From an uncultured Gammaproteobacteria bacterium (lineage in GTDB: Bacteria > Patescibacteriota > Patescibacteriia > Magasanikbacterales > UBA922), in NCBI GenBank assembly GCA_965231005.1, contig OZ246405.1, positions 546,709 to 610,708 on the forward strand: a DNA stretch of 64,000 nt, written 5' to 3'. A model generated the notes under the pieces. It was not told the origin of the DNA and searched no databases. It saw nothing but the letters and a program-made list of their open reading frames with translations. The number at the start of each line of letters is the position of its first letter. Position 1 is the first letter of the stretch. The position numbers and the translations under genes were made by a program. Positions 19,081-29,671 of this stretch are shown one piece after another.

Positions 19081-22000
19081 ATGAGAACATCGACATATTA
19101 CATAAAACAGGGAAGCATTATTATATTAGCTTTCTTAACAGCGTTTATGCCGACTGCGTCTGTGTTTGCACAGACCTATGATGCTCCGTTTGACGATCCA
19201 ATCATATACGAAGAACCACCATTGTCAGATGTGGATCCTTGGACTCCTCCAGCATTTCCAGATTATTATCCAGATCCTATTGATATTGATGATAACGGTT
19301 TTCCTCTTGGAGATGATCCATCCATCCTTTCAGCAAATACATTTGACCCAACAACAGATCCATTGTTTAAACCAATGCCAGAGAATGCATGGGGAACACC
19401 ACTCTCATATGAAGTTCCATTGTACGACTGGGCAAAACCAACAACATCCTATATTGAGAATGGTCTTGTTATAAGTCCTGCAGAAATTATTTCAGATTTT
19501 GATCCAAATGAAAGTGGTATTGCAGAAATGGATGAACCAATAGCACCACTTGATTCAGCAGAACCGACTGAATCTCCGCTAGATGATGAAGATTTTGAAG
19601 ATGGAGATCCAGATGTGGGTATTGATGATATAGTTGTTCTTCCAGAAGATGGCTCTATTGATTCATCTTCAGTTGGAAGTATACCTGCAGAAGAAGGTGA
19701 ACAAGAATCAAATGATGAAGAACAAGAACCAATAGATGAGTCTTTATATCAAGTACAAGATTCATATACAGATGTAGCAAAACTTCCAAACGGAAAAACA
19801 GTTGTCCGATTATACAAAGAACCAAGAATGGTTTATGAATCAGAAGATGGATTAAAAGTTCGACCATTAAGTTGGAGTTTATTTCATGAACAAGAAGAAT
19901 CAAAGCTTAGAGACAATGGATCTGACACTTATAGATATGAAATTCCTTCTGAACAAGAAAATATTGTGGTACGTCCAGGAACGCTTGAACGGGACTTTGG
20001 GCAGACAATTATTGAGCCAGAAGCAGCACGATTTGACCAATACAGAGATGGAAATGAAATGATTACTCGGTATAGCGGTGTATATCCTGGTGTTGATATT
20101 AGTTTTCATGACATAAAAGACTACAGACAGCGTGCAATTGTTATTAATGAACCGTTGGAAGGTCTAGATGATAGTGATAATGCTATTTTTTGGGAAACAT
20201 ATTCTCTCCCAGAAGAATCAAGAGTTTCTATTGGTGCAGAAGAGTATTTAGAAGACGGATATCATGAACTTCCTTCAGATATTGTAACAATAGAACAACC
20301 AAATGGAGATAAATTTGCTGTAACTGGTGCAATTATTTTTGATCAACGAACTGCTGACCCAGTGAGCATAGATATGAATCCAACTGTTGTTGATCAAATT
20401 GTTCATGTTGATAGAGGAGCAGGGGAATTACGAATTGGGTTAAAAGCACCAGGAACATATTTAAATGATCCTGAACGTGCATATCCAGTTATTATTGATC
20501 CGTACAATTATATTTGTAAAGACAATTCTTCTCAAAATATAAAATCTTGTTCAATTGAAGAGGTATATCTTCGATATAAGACAAGTAATAGTATAACGGC
20601 AAAACAATCGAATAAGTATTTACTTCTTGGCTATATATACAGTTATGTGAAGCCAACAGGCCCGTCTCATAGACAGCCAGTCATGCGGTTCATGAAAAAT
20701 GATAAAAATTTCTTTCCAAATTTAAAAAATTATGGAACCCTTGATAAGGCAAAATTATACATGAGACGTTCAGAAGTAAATGGTTCTGGAAGTTATACAG
20801 GAAAGATTCCAACTGTTGTGCGAAGAATTTATACTCCATCAACATGGCATCCAAATTGGGTAACATTTAACTATGTTGGTAACCACCTTCATACAATCAG
20901 TGATACAACAAATGTATTTGGAAATATGAAAGAGGGAGCTTCTGCAAGTTGGGATATTACAGCACTTGTTGGATTGTGGATGACAGGGACAACAAATAAT
21001 GGATTTCTCATCCAACCTACACCTGTTTGGAATAAAAATGGGAGTGTTCCAACCTGGCCGAAGAAAATTCTTTGGTTTAGATCTTCAAAACACCCGGATG
21101 ATTATGGACCATATATTCGATTTGACTTTACAGAAGCCAAAAAACCAAATCTCACAAAGCAGAGTGATAATCTTACTGGATGGTGGAAAATAGCAAATGG
21201 TGTTAGGTACTTCCGTCCAGGAGATAAAATGACTATTAAAGCAACAGTAAAGAATGAAGGCCCTGGCTCTGCTGGAAGTTCTTCATATGTAAAGTATTAC
21301 TTGCGTCCAGGTCATTCTTCTTCAAAACCACAAAATCAATACTATCTTAGTGGCAGTCAAGATTATGTACCTAATCTTTCACAGGGGAGCACCTCAAATG
21401 AATCATACACATATACCATCCCAAGCAATAAACCGAATGGTGATTATGGTATTTTTTATAGTATTGACGCAAATAATAATGTTAGTGAAAGTGATGAAAA
21501 TGATAATATATGGTTTTGGAACATTCGGATAGAAGCAGAGAAAAAAGTAAACTTAGTTATTACTGATCCAACAATTCAAAGTTCTGTTAAACCAGGGGAA
21601 TCTGTAAATGTTTCTGGGACAGTAAAGAATATTGGAACGTCACCTTCTGAAAAGACAAAGATGTGTCATTACATATCAAAGACTACAAGTAAAAATAATA
21701 TTGTTGTAGATTATCCAAAGATTGATCCTGGAACAGTAGAAAATACAAGTGCATTAAGTCCAGGAGGAAAAGATAAAGATTCTGAAACACTTAAAATACC
21801 AACCAATTTGGCTCCAGGAGGATATTATTTGTTGTTTGAGGCAGATTGTAAAAACAATCAAAAAGAAACAAATGAAAATGACAATATTGGGTGGAAATAT
21901 TTTACTGTTGCACAACCAACCAAACCAGATCTTTTTCTTAAAAACACAAGTCACAATTACACAACAAGAAAACAAGGTGAAGTACTTAGAGTGACTTCAT

Positions 22001-25000
22001 ATGTAGAAAATAAAGGAGATGCAAACGCTGGAACATTTAAAGTTGGATATTATCTTTCAACAGATACAAGTCTTGGTGGGGATACGCTCATAGGAGAGAG
22101 AGAATTTTCTTCAGGAGTTGCCGTTGGGAAAATTGAAAATAGATTTAAAGATCTTACTATTCCAGTGAATCAAACACCTGGCAATTATTATATTATTCAT
22201 GTTGCAGACTATAAGGGGCAAATTTCTGAGAAGAATGAAAATAATAATTCTGCATATCGTGCACTTACAATAAAATCGAAAGATGAGCCAACTAATCTTA
22301 TTGCAAAGTCAAACACTCTTTTGAACACAAGTAAGACTCATTTGGGTGGACAGACAGTGCAAATGCAGGCAACGATTGAGAATAAGGGAACGAACTCAGC
22401 GAATAATATTAAAGTAAAATTACAGCTTGAAAATACAAAAACAGGATCGTTTGTTGTTCTGAAAAATGTTTCTCCACCTGGGGTCACAATTTCGGGAAAT
22501 AGTACAAAGACGGTTACATACACGGGTCTTATAGAAAATACTTGTGATTTACCATTAGAAGGAACATACGCGGCACATATTACTGTTAATAGTAATCAAG
22601 CGATTGGAGAAATAACATACAAGGATAATATTGTAAAAACAAAAGCAGGCAACACAATAAAAGTAAAACGATACAATATTTGTACGCCAAAGAAGTTTGA
22701 CGAAGACAATGATGGATTTTATGACAGCGAAGAATTTTACATGGGTTCAGACCCAATGTCAAAAGAGAGCATTCCAATTCCAGCAAGCAATTTTGAAAAG
22801 GATTTCAGTCTTCCAGTTGACTATGCAGTAGACAATTTTGGTGGTGATCCAGTCAATCTTCGAACTGGTGCAATTGAATTTACACAAACAGATTACACAC
22901 TCGACGGTCGTGGTATTCCTATTAACATAAGCAGAACATATAACAGTAGACTTGCTCATGTTAGCAGTACCATAGGTACGGGTTGGAATCATTCGTATAA
23001 TTTATATGCGTTCCAAGATCCAAATACAAAGAAAACATTTGTAAATCTTGGTGGATCAAAAGCAATAGAATTTACTACAAGTGACGGTGGAAAAACATTT
23101 TCTGTAGAACGAGGGGAAACAGGGACATTGTATTCAGACAACGGAGTACTCACATATAAACTTCTCAATGGAACAAAATATCGATTCACAAAAAGTCTTT
23201 CAGAACGGCTCTTCCTTTTAACTGAGATTGTTGACACGTTTGGTAACACAACGAAATTGAACTATAAAGATATTCGAGGTCTTCAGGTGCTTGAATCAAT
23301 TGCAGATGCATCTGGAAGAAAGGTTACATTTAAACATGGTGAAATAACCGACGATATTGAATGGAATAAAATTGTTGCTATTGAAGACACTGTTGCAAAC
23401 ACAAATAAACGACATATTGCATATTCATATGATGACAAAGGAAGACTTACAGAGGTAAAAGAAACTCGTCGAACAGGGAACAAAACTGACTATGCTGTTC
23501 GAAAATTTGGCTATGATGACAAGAACAGAATGACAACGTACACAGATCCGCGTGGAAGTATCTTGTACAACACATATGATGGAAACAATAGAATTATTGA
23601 ACAGCATGAGCATAATCCACTTACAGAAAATCCTGGAGAAAAACATCTTATTTTCAAACTTTCATATACAGGAGCAAATGCACAAATTCCTGGTAGTACT
23701 GAATGTACAACCTTAACATCGTACAGAGATACAGAGGAAAAAGATCTTGTTGTTGATCAGTATTGTTTTGACAAACATGGAAACAAGATCGCTCACAAAG
23801 ATGGAGAAGGGAATATTGAAAAATGGAAATATCATGACAATGATTTAGTTGTTGCATACACTGACAAAAAGAATAGAGTAACATCATATAACTATGATGG
23901 ACTTAAGCGTTTGCAAACAACAATATTGCCAGATTCTGATAAATATCATACAGAAATTCATTATACATACGAAGACACATTTAATCGCGTGAAGCAGATG
24001 GAAGAAAAGGTGTATGATTTATCTAATAAATTATTAGGCACACGTATTACAAGTAATGTTATTGATTCAAAAACAGGTGCAGTTACTGAAAGTACTGATG
24101 TGCTCAAAAACAAAGAATCATTTACCTATGATCAGTATGGTAATGTTTTGACTCATATAAATAAAAACAAGAATAAAACAACATTTACATACGATGAAAA
24201 AGGCAATTACCTTACAAAGCAAAGTACACAATGGAAAAAACCACTGTCGTCTACAGTCAACACACATTCAGTCGCATATGAGTATGATGATCATGGCAAT
24301 CTTACAAAGAAGACATATGCAGATGGTAAGTCTGATACATACACATACGATTCTGCCGGAAATGCGTTGTCTCACACAGATAGGCAAAATGCAACATATT
24401 CATATTCGTATGATGTAGAAAATCATCGAATTTCTGAAAAGGATCCACTAGGGACAGCGACAACATTTACATATGACAAAGATCTTGAAGGCCGTCTAAT
24501 AAAAATAGAAACAACATCAGGAGGAAAAACTATTACAGAAACTACTGATTATGATTTATTGGGTAATGTGTTAAGAGAAACAGATGCACTTAGCAGAGCT
24601 ATTTCATATGAATATGACAAAGTAAACAGGCTTGTAAAAGAGCTGCGGCCATATCATACAAAGACATTTACATATGATGTGAGTGACAACCTTACAAAAG
24701 AAATAACTGACAAAGGACACAAAACTGAGTATGCCTATGATAAACATGACCAATTAATTGAAACAAAGGTCTATACAAGTCCAACAGCATTTGTTTTAGC
24801 AAAGTCTTCATATGACCACTTTGGACGAGAAGTTTCAGCAACAGATGGAAACAACAATTCAACAATATTTACATATGATCTTGCTGATCAATTACTGACA
24901 AAGGTTGATGCAGAAAAGCAAAAAACAAGCTACTTTTACGATGCAGAAGGAAATATTATTGGTGAGTTATCTCCACGCGCACAGGCTGACAAAGGGTTAA

Positions 25001-28000
25001 GAAACCCAAATGGTCACAGTATTACATATAAATACAATGAGTTAGGACTTCTTTCCCAGCGGATTGATGCTGATGGTAAAGCAACATCATTTATTCACAA
25101 TGCAGATGGAACAGTTGCTAAACAAATTGATAGACATAATGCAGATGGAACAGAACTTTCACGTAGTCAAACATTTACCTACGATGGTGAAGGAAGAATA
25201 TTAACGGCTGCTGACCCAAGTGGTGAAAAAGAAGTATATACATATGATGCTGTTGGGAATCTCAAAACAATCAAAGACAAAGGTAGTCGAACAACAACAA
25301 TGACATATGATGGTTTTGGCAGACTGACACAACAGAAAGATCCTTCTGGAGCAATTACAACATATACATATGATAATGTTGGAAATAGAAAGACAGTAAA
25401 ACTTCCTAGTGGGCAAATTACGAATTTTGAATATGATAAGGAAAACAGATTGGTAAAAACAACAGATCCATTAAAAGGAGCAAGCGTCTATACATACGAT
25501 GTCTTTGGTAATAGAACAAGTATTCAAGATCCACGTAAAAATAAGACCTCATTTACATATGATCTTGGTGGTCAATTGGTTGAAGAAGTTGATGCACAAG
25601 GAACAAAGATCATTTACACATATGATAAGAATGGAAATCGTCTAACACAAGATGTTGCAGGGAAGAAAACATCATATGTTTTTGACAAAGTAGACAGGGT
25701 TACAAAGGTTACACATCCTGGAAATGTTGTAGAAACATTTGCATATAATGCAGATGGACTTGTGCGTGAGCAAACAAATGGAAATAATGTTAAGACAGCA
25801 TACACATATGACAATCTTGGACGAACAGTAAAAAAACAATTTGCAGATAATTCTACATATACATTTGGATATGACCAATGGAGTAATGTAAAAAAGATTA
25901 CTGATGATGTTGGAACAATTGATTATACATATTCAAATAGAAATGAACAGTTAAGTGAAAAAAGAACGTTTAGTGATTTAAACAAGTCATTTACTGTTGC
26001 AAGGACATATACACCAAATGGATTGCTTAAAGATGTAACAGATGCAGCAGGGAAAAAGATTGATTATGTCTATGACAATCGTGCAGCACTAAAATCTGTT
26101 GCACACAAGAGTAAGATTTTAGCATTATACACATATTCAAGTAATGGAACACCAACAAAAGTTACGTATGGAAATGGTGTAACAAATAATATTGCATACG
26201 ATGAATTAGATCGTGTGGGTAGTTTTGCAATTAAAAATTCATCTGGAAATAATTTGTTTACCCATGCATATACTTACGATGGGGCAAATAACAGAACAAA
26301 AACAGTTGAAAATGGAACACGAACAATTGAATATACATATGATGGACTTGATCAATTAAAAACAGAAAAAATTACTGACAAAGGAAATGTATATTCATTT
26401 GGTTTTGATTATGATAAATGGGGAAATAGGAGCGCACTGACATCTCCACATCAAAAAGCTACATATGCATATACAAATGGAACAGATCGACTTGAAAAAA
26501 CTGCATACAATGATCGTCTTTCTGTAGCAACAACATATGATAAAAATGGAAATGTAGCAAAAGAATCATTTAGTAGACTTGGAAAAGATTTGCGAAGTGT
26601 AGATTATGTATGGAATGCAAAAAATCAATTGCAATCTATTTCATATACAGACAAGAGCAGACCATCATTCATGCCAGCGCTTGAAAAGAACTCAATGACC
26701 TTTGCATATGATTTTGCTGGCAATCGTGCAAAGAAAAAAGCAAATAATCAAACAACATACTACATCAACAATGGCGTACTTGTTCAAAATGAGATTAATG
26801 GCTCAGGCTTGGTCACACTTTCTTTGGTACAAGGACTTGATACTGTTGCACGAATCAATGCAGCAGGAACAATAGAATATATTCATCAAGATGCCCTTGG
26901 TTCTACTGTGTTGATTACAGACGCGAATGAAAAAGTTGTAGAAGAATATGAATACACACCATTTGGAGAAATAGCTGGACTTGGCAATGGTAATCATTCC
27001 TATCTGTTTACAGGGCAAGAATACGACATTGAATCTGACCTTCATTATTACAATGCACGATATTACAATCCACGAACTGGACGATTCTTGTCTAGAGATC
27101 CATTCATGGGTGTTGCAGGAAGCACATTATCGAGAAATGCATATATTTATGTAGAAAATAATCCACTGAAACATACTGATTCAACAGGACTTTGGTTTGG
27201 AATAGATGATTTGATTGCTGCAGGTGTTGGGGCTGTAGTAGGTGTTGCAGCACAAGCTGTATCAGATTTGGCAACAAGTGCAATAAATGGAAAACTTGAG
27301 TTTAGTAGTTGGCAGACCTATACTGGTGCTGCTGTAGGTGGAGCTGCAGCAGGAACTGCATTCCTATATACTGGACCAGTCGGTTCTGCCCTAGTCTATG
27401 GTGCTGTATCAAATGCAACAACACAGGGATTAAACATTGCGACTGGAGTTCAAGATAGTTTTGATACAAAGAGTTTTGTTACTGAGACAGTAGCAAGTGG
27501 TGTTCTTGGTGGTGTTGGTGGAAAAATACTTCCAAAAGTAGCTCCAAAGATATTGCCGAAGATTACGTCAAAAGTGCTTCCAAAGGTTACATCTAAAGTT
27601 AATACTGCTATCAATACAGTCCGATCTAAGTTAGTACCAAAGGCTACTAAATTTACACAAGATACACTAAAATCTTTGAAAAATACAAAGGTAAAAGGTG
27701 TCTATGATATTGTTCTAAAAAATGGAAAACACTATGTTGGTCAGTCAAAAAACATTGCAAATAGGTTGTTGCAGCATATAAAGAACAAAAAGTTTTCTCT
27801 AGATGATATTGCAAATATTAAGATAAAGGAAGTTGTTGGTGGTAAAACAGCTCGGGAAATAGTAGAGCAACGAATAATAAATTCTCTTGGTGGTATTAGA
27901 GGAGGCAATCTTCTAAATGTAGTAAATCCAATAGGAAAAGCAAGACAATACCTTATGAATCAAGCGCCAAAAATAGTTAGATCAGGCTGGTTCTCTAAGA

Positions 28001-28116
28001 TCTTTGGTGCAGGACCAAAGATAGGAGGAGCAGCGACTACGCAGCAGATACTAGGTGCAACAGGAGTTGGTATGGGAATTACTGGATTGAATTATGCATT
28101 TCAAGATAATAAATAA
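19081..28116 (+). CDS. RHS/YD-repeat polymorphic toxin (3011 aa) with CARDB-like repeats and a C-terminal GIY-YIG nuclease tip
   Basis: The leader is MRTSTYYIKQGSIIILAFLTAFMPTASVFA, followed by an Asp/Pro-rich region. Several CARDB-like modules end in E.NE.NN motifs. The RHS core N-terminus is RTGAIEFTQTDYTLDGRGIPINISRTYNS. There are dozens of YTYD..GN YD repeats. The RHS core end is YYNARYYNPRTGRFLSRDPFMGVAGSTLSRNAYIYVENNPLKHTDSTGLW. In the tip, KGVYDIVLKNGKHYVGQSKNIANRLLQH matches GIY-x10-YIG-x-R..H, with downstream E (AREIVEQ) and N (LLNVVN). Confidence 0.88.
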   Translation: MRTSTYYIKQGSIIILAFLTAFMPTASVFAQTYDAPFDDPIIYEEPPLSDVDPWTPPAFPDYYPDPIDIDDNGFPLGDDPSILSANTFDPTTDPLFKPMPENAWGTPLSYEVPLYDWAKPTTSYIENGLVISPAEIISDFDPNESGIAEMDEPIAPLDSAEPTESPLDDEDFEDGDPDVGIDDIVVLPEDGSIDSSSVGSIPAEEGEQESNDEEQEPIDESLYQVQDSYTDVAKLPNGKTVVRLYKEPRMVYESEDGLKVRPLSWSLFHEQEESKLRDNGSDTYRYEIPSEQENIVVRPGTLERDFGQTIIEPEAARFDQYRDGNEMITRYSGVYPGVDISFHDIKDYRQRAIVINEPLEGLDDSDNAIFWETYSLPEESRVSIGAEEYLEDGYHELPSDIVTIEQPNGDKFAVTGAIIFDQRTADPVSIDMNPTVVDQIVHVDRGAGELRIGLKAPGTYLNDPERAYPVIIDPYNYICKDNSSQNIKSCSIEEVYLRYKTSNSITAKQSNKYLLLGYIYSYVKPTGPSHRQPVMRFMKNDKNFFPNLKNYGTLDKAKLYMRRSEVNGSGSYTGKIPTVVRRIYTPSTWHPNWVTFNYVGNHLHTISDTTNVFGNMKEGASASWDITALVGLWMTGTTNNGFLIQPTPVWNKNGSVPTWPKKILWFRSSKHPDDYGPYIRFDFTEAKKPNLTKQSDNLTGWWKIANGVRYFRPGDKMTIKATVKNEGPGSAGSSSYVKYYLRPGHSSSKPQNQYYLSGSQDYVPNLSQGSTSNESYTYTIPSNKPNGDYGIFYSIDANNNVSESDENDNIWFWNIRIEAEKKVNLVITDPTIQSSVKPGESVNVSGTVKNIGTSPSEKTKMCHYISKTTSKNNIVVDYPKIDPGTVENTSALSPGGKDKDSETLKIPTNLAPGGYYLLFEADCKNNQKETNENDNIGWKYFTVAQPTKPDLFLKNTSHNYTTRKQGEVLRVTSYVENKGDANAGTFKVGYYLSTDTSLGGDTLIGEREFSSGVAVGKIENRFKDLTIPVNQTPGNYYIIHVADYKGQISEKNENNNSAYRALTIKSKDEPTNLIAKSNTLLNTSKTHLGGQTVQMQATIENKGTNSANNIKVKLQLENTKTGSFVVLKNVSPPGVTISGNSTKTVTYTGLIENTCDLPLEGTYAAHITVNSNQAIGEITYKDNIVKTKAGNTIKVKRYNICTPKKFDEDNDGFYDSEEFYMGSDPMSKESIPIPASNFEKDFSLPVDYAVDNFGGDPVNLRTGAIEFTQTDYTLDGRGIPINISRTYNSRLAHVSSTIGTGWNHSYNLYAFQDPNTKKTFVNLGGSKAIEFTTSDGGKTFSVERGETGTLYSDNGVLTYKLLNGTKYRFTKSLSERLFLLTEIVDTFGNTTKLNYKDIRGLQVLESIADASGRKVTFKHGEITDDIEWNKIVAIEDTVANTNKRHIAYSYDDKGRLTEVKETRRTGNKTDYAVRKFGYDDKNRMTTYTDPRGSILYNTYDGNNRIIEQHEHNPLTENPGEKHLIFKLSYTGANAQIPGSTECTTLTSYRDTEEKDLVVDQYCFDKHGNKIAHKDGEGNIEKWKYHDNDLVVAYTDKKNRVTSYNYDGLKRLQTTILPDSDKYHTEIHYTYEDTFNRVKQMEEKVYDLSNKLLGTRITSNVIDSKTGAVTESTDVLKNKESFTYDQYGNVLTHINKNKNKTTFTYDEKGNYLTKQSTQWKKPLSSTVNTHSVAYEYDDHGNLTKKTYADGKSDTYTYDSAGNALSHTDRQNATYSYSYDVENHRISEKDPLGTATTFTYDKDLEGRLIKIETTSGGKTITETTDYDLLGNVLRETDALSRAISYEYDKVNRLVKELRPYHTKTFTYDVSDNLTKEITDKGHKTEYAYDKHDQLIETKVYTSPTAFVLAKSSYDHFGREVSATDGNNNSTIFTYDLADQLLTKVDAEKQKTSYFYDAEGNIIGELSPRAQADKGLRNPNGHSITYKYNELGLLSQRIDADGKATSFIHNADGTVAKQIDRHNADGTELSRSQTFTYDGEGRILTAADPSGEKEVYTYDAVGNLKTIKDKGSRTTTMTYDGFGRLTQQKDPSGAITTYTYDNVGNRKTVKLPSGQITNFEYDKENRLVKTTDPLKGASVYTYDVFGNRTSIQDPRKNKTSFTYDLGGQLVEEVDAQGTKIIYTYDKNGNRLTQDVAGKKTSYVFDKVDRVTKVTHPGNVVETFAYNADGLVREQTNGNNVKTAYTYDNLGRTVKKQFADNSTYTFGYDQWSNVKKITDDVGTIDYTYSNRNEQLSEKRTFSDLNKSFTVARTYTPNGLLKDVTDAAGKKIDYVYDNRAALKSVAHKSKILALYTYSSNGTPTKVTYGNGVTNNIAYDELDRVGSFAIKNSSGNNLFTHAYTYDGANNRTKTVENGTRTIEYTYDGLDQLKTEKITDKGNVYSFGFDYDKWGNRSALTSPHQKATYAYTNGTDRLEKTAYNDRLSVATTYDKNGNVAKESFSRLGKDLRSVDYVWNAKNQLQSISYTDKSRPSFMPALEKNSMTFAYDFAGNRAKKKANNQTTYYINNGVLVQNEINGSGLVTLSLVQGLDTVARINAAGTIEYIHQDALGSTVLITDANEKVVEEYEYTPFGEIAGLGNGNHSYLFTGQEYDIESDLHYYNARYYNPRTGRFLSRDPFMGVAGSTLSRNAYIYVENNPLKHTDSTGLWFGIDDLIAAGVGAVVGVAAQAVSDLATSAINGKLEFSSWQTYTGAAVGGAAAGTAFLYTGPVGSALVYGAVSNATTQGLNIATGVQDSFDTKSFVTETVASGVLGGVGGKILPKVAPKILPKITSKVLPKVTSKVNTAINTVRSKLVPKATKFTQDTLKSLKNTKVKGVYDIVLKNGKHYVGQSKNIANRLLQHIKNKKFSLDDIANIKIKEVVGGKTAREIVEQRIINSLGGIRGGNLLNVVNPIGKARQYLMNQAPKIVRSGWFSKIFGAGPKIGGAATTQQILGATGVGMGITGLNYAFQDNK

Positions 28117-28118
28117 TT

Positions 28119-28982
28119 ATGTTTGGAAAGAAAAATTTTAAAGTTGAATTCTCACGTGTAGGAAGTACGGTTGTATTGCAAGGTTCTTGGGATGATAGTA
28201 TTGGAGAATATATTCGAAAGAAAAAAATAAAAGGATTATCTCTGAACCATACAGAAGGTTGGGATCAGGGAGACCTAGAATTTCTTAGAGAACTTCCAAA
28301 TTTAGAATCTATTCAAGTTATTGGACATGACATAAAAGGATATCTTCCATTACAACATTTAAGAAAATTAAAGGAAGTCATGTTAGACAACTATTACACT
28401 GATAATAAAATTGACTTTGATTGGTTTCCAAATGTTGAACGTGTAGAGATTGATTGGGGGAAAAAGATAAAGAATTTTTCAAATGCTGTTCATACAAAAT
28501 ATCTTTCGATTTATAGATTTAAAAGTGTTGACTTGAGTGAACTTTCTTCATTTTCAGAATTAGAAGAACTTGTGCTAAAAGTTTGTCCTGCAAAAAGCAT
28601 CAAAGGTATTTCTAATCTTAAAAAAATAAAAATATTATATCTAATGAGATTTACAAAATTGGAATCATTGGAAGGATTGGAAGGATTAGAGAACGTTGAA
28701 GATTTTGTTCTTGATACGTGTAAGAAAGTTATAAATATTGATCAAATATCTGGATTAAAAAATGTTAAAACAATGAGATTAGATAATTTAGGTGAGATTG
28801 AGTCATTGAAACCACTGCAAGGTTTAGATAATTTAGAAGAGTTATATTTTGCAGAAAGTACAAACATAAAAGATGGAGATTTGTCTGTATTGCTTACACT
28901 TCCGAGATTGAAGAAAGTCTTGTTTGTAGACCGAAAACACTATAGTCATTCTAATGATGAATTAGAAAAATTGTTAAAATGA
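28119..28982 (+). CDS. Leucine-rich-repeat protein, candidate immunity protein for the RHS GIY-YIG tip
   Basis: Its ATG lies 2 nt after the RHS stop. The 287-aa ORF has repeated LxxLxxLxxLxL units (LESLEGLEGLENVEDFVLDTCKKVINIDQISGLKNVKTMRLDNLGEIESLKPLQGLDNLEELYF). It has no signal peptide. Confidence 0.65.
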   Translation: MFGKKNFKVEFSRVGSTVVLQGSWDDSIGEYIRKKKIKGLSLNHTEGWDQGDLEFLRELPNLESIQVIGHDIKGYLPLQHLRKLKEVMLDNYYTDNKIDFDWFPNVERVEIDWGKKIKNFSNAVHTKYLSIYRFKSVDLSELSSFSELEELVLKVCPAKSIKGISNLKKIKILYLMRFTKLESLEGLEGLENVEDFVLDTCKKVINIDQISGLKNVKTMRLDNLGEIESLKPLQGLDNLEELYFAESTNIKDGDLSVLLTLPRLKKVLFVDRKHYSHSNDELEKLLK

Positions 28983-29004
28983 GTTTTTTGACAATAAATA
29001 ATGT

Positions 29005-29652
29005 ATGAAAGAGGTAGATGAGAAGACAAAAGAATTACTTACAGAGTATTTTGCAGAACTTCGAAAGGTTGGATATGATATTAAAGATACTTATTACTTT
29101 GTGAACAATGAAGATCCTTCACCTGAAGTTATCAAAATTATCTTGAAGTATATACCACTTATTGACAATTCTGTTTATAAAGAAGGTCTTATCAAGAGTA
29201 TTTCTGTAAAAGGAATTAAGGATGCAGTTCCCATATTGCTGAATGAATATCGTAAGAGTCATAATTCACAGACCATGTGGATTATAGGAAATGCACTCTG
29301 GGCGATTCAGGATAATGCAATTGCAGATGAGATCATTGAGCTTCTTGATTCTGAATTTGTTCTTGAAGATCAAGATGGTTCATTAGAAAATACCGATGAT
29401 ATAAAGCCTACGGTGGTGCGTGCAAAAGAAACACTGCTCTGGGCTCTTGGTGCAACAAAAGATAAAAAGGCAATTCCTATATTAAAGAAATATTTAACAG
29501 ATGAGCTATTGGCAGGTCATGCCCTGGAAGGACTTAAATATTTTAAAGATCCTCAATTGATACCTGATGTTAAATCTCTCCTTAAACATGAAAAAAAGTG
29601 GGTGAGGGATAAGGCAAAAAGATATATTAATCGTTTGGAAAAACTCAAGTAA
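29005..29652 (+). CDS. HEAT/ARM-like repeat protein (215 aa)
   Basis: Helical repeats with the PBS-lyase/HEAT flavour (AVPILLNEYRKSHNSQTMWIIGNALWAI, KAIPILKKYLTDELLAGHALEGLKYFKDPQLIPDVKSLLKHEKKWVRDKA). It sits between the RHS cassette and the next secreted protein. Confidence 0.5.
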   Translation: MKEVDEKTKELLTEYFAELRKVGYDIKDTYYFVNNEDPSPEVIKIILKYIPLIDNSVYKEGLIKSISVKGIKDAVPILLNEYRKSHNSQTMWIIGNALWAIQDNAIADEIIELLDSEFVLEDQDGSLENTDDIKPTVVRAKETLLWALGATKDKKAIPILKKYLTDELLAGHALEGLKYFKDPQLIPDVKSLLKHEKKWVRDKAKRYINRLEKLK

Positions 29653-29671
29653 ACGTATAATAATTTCATAT

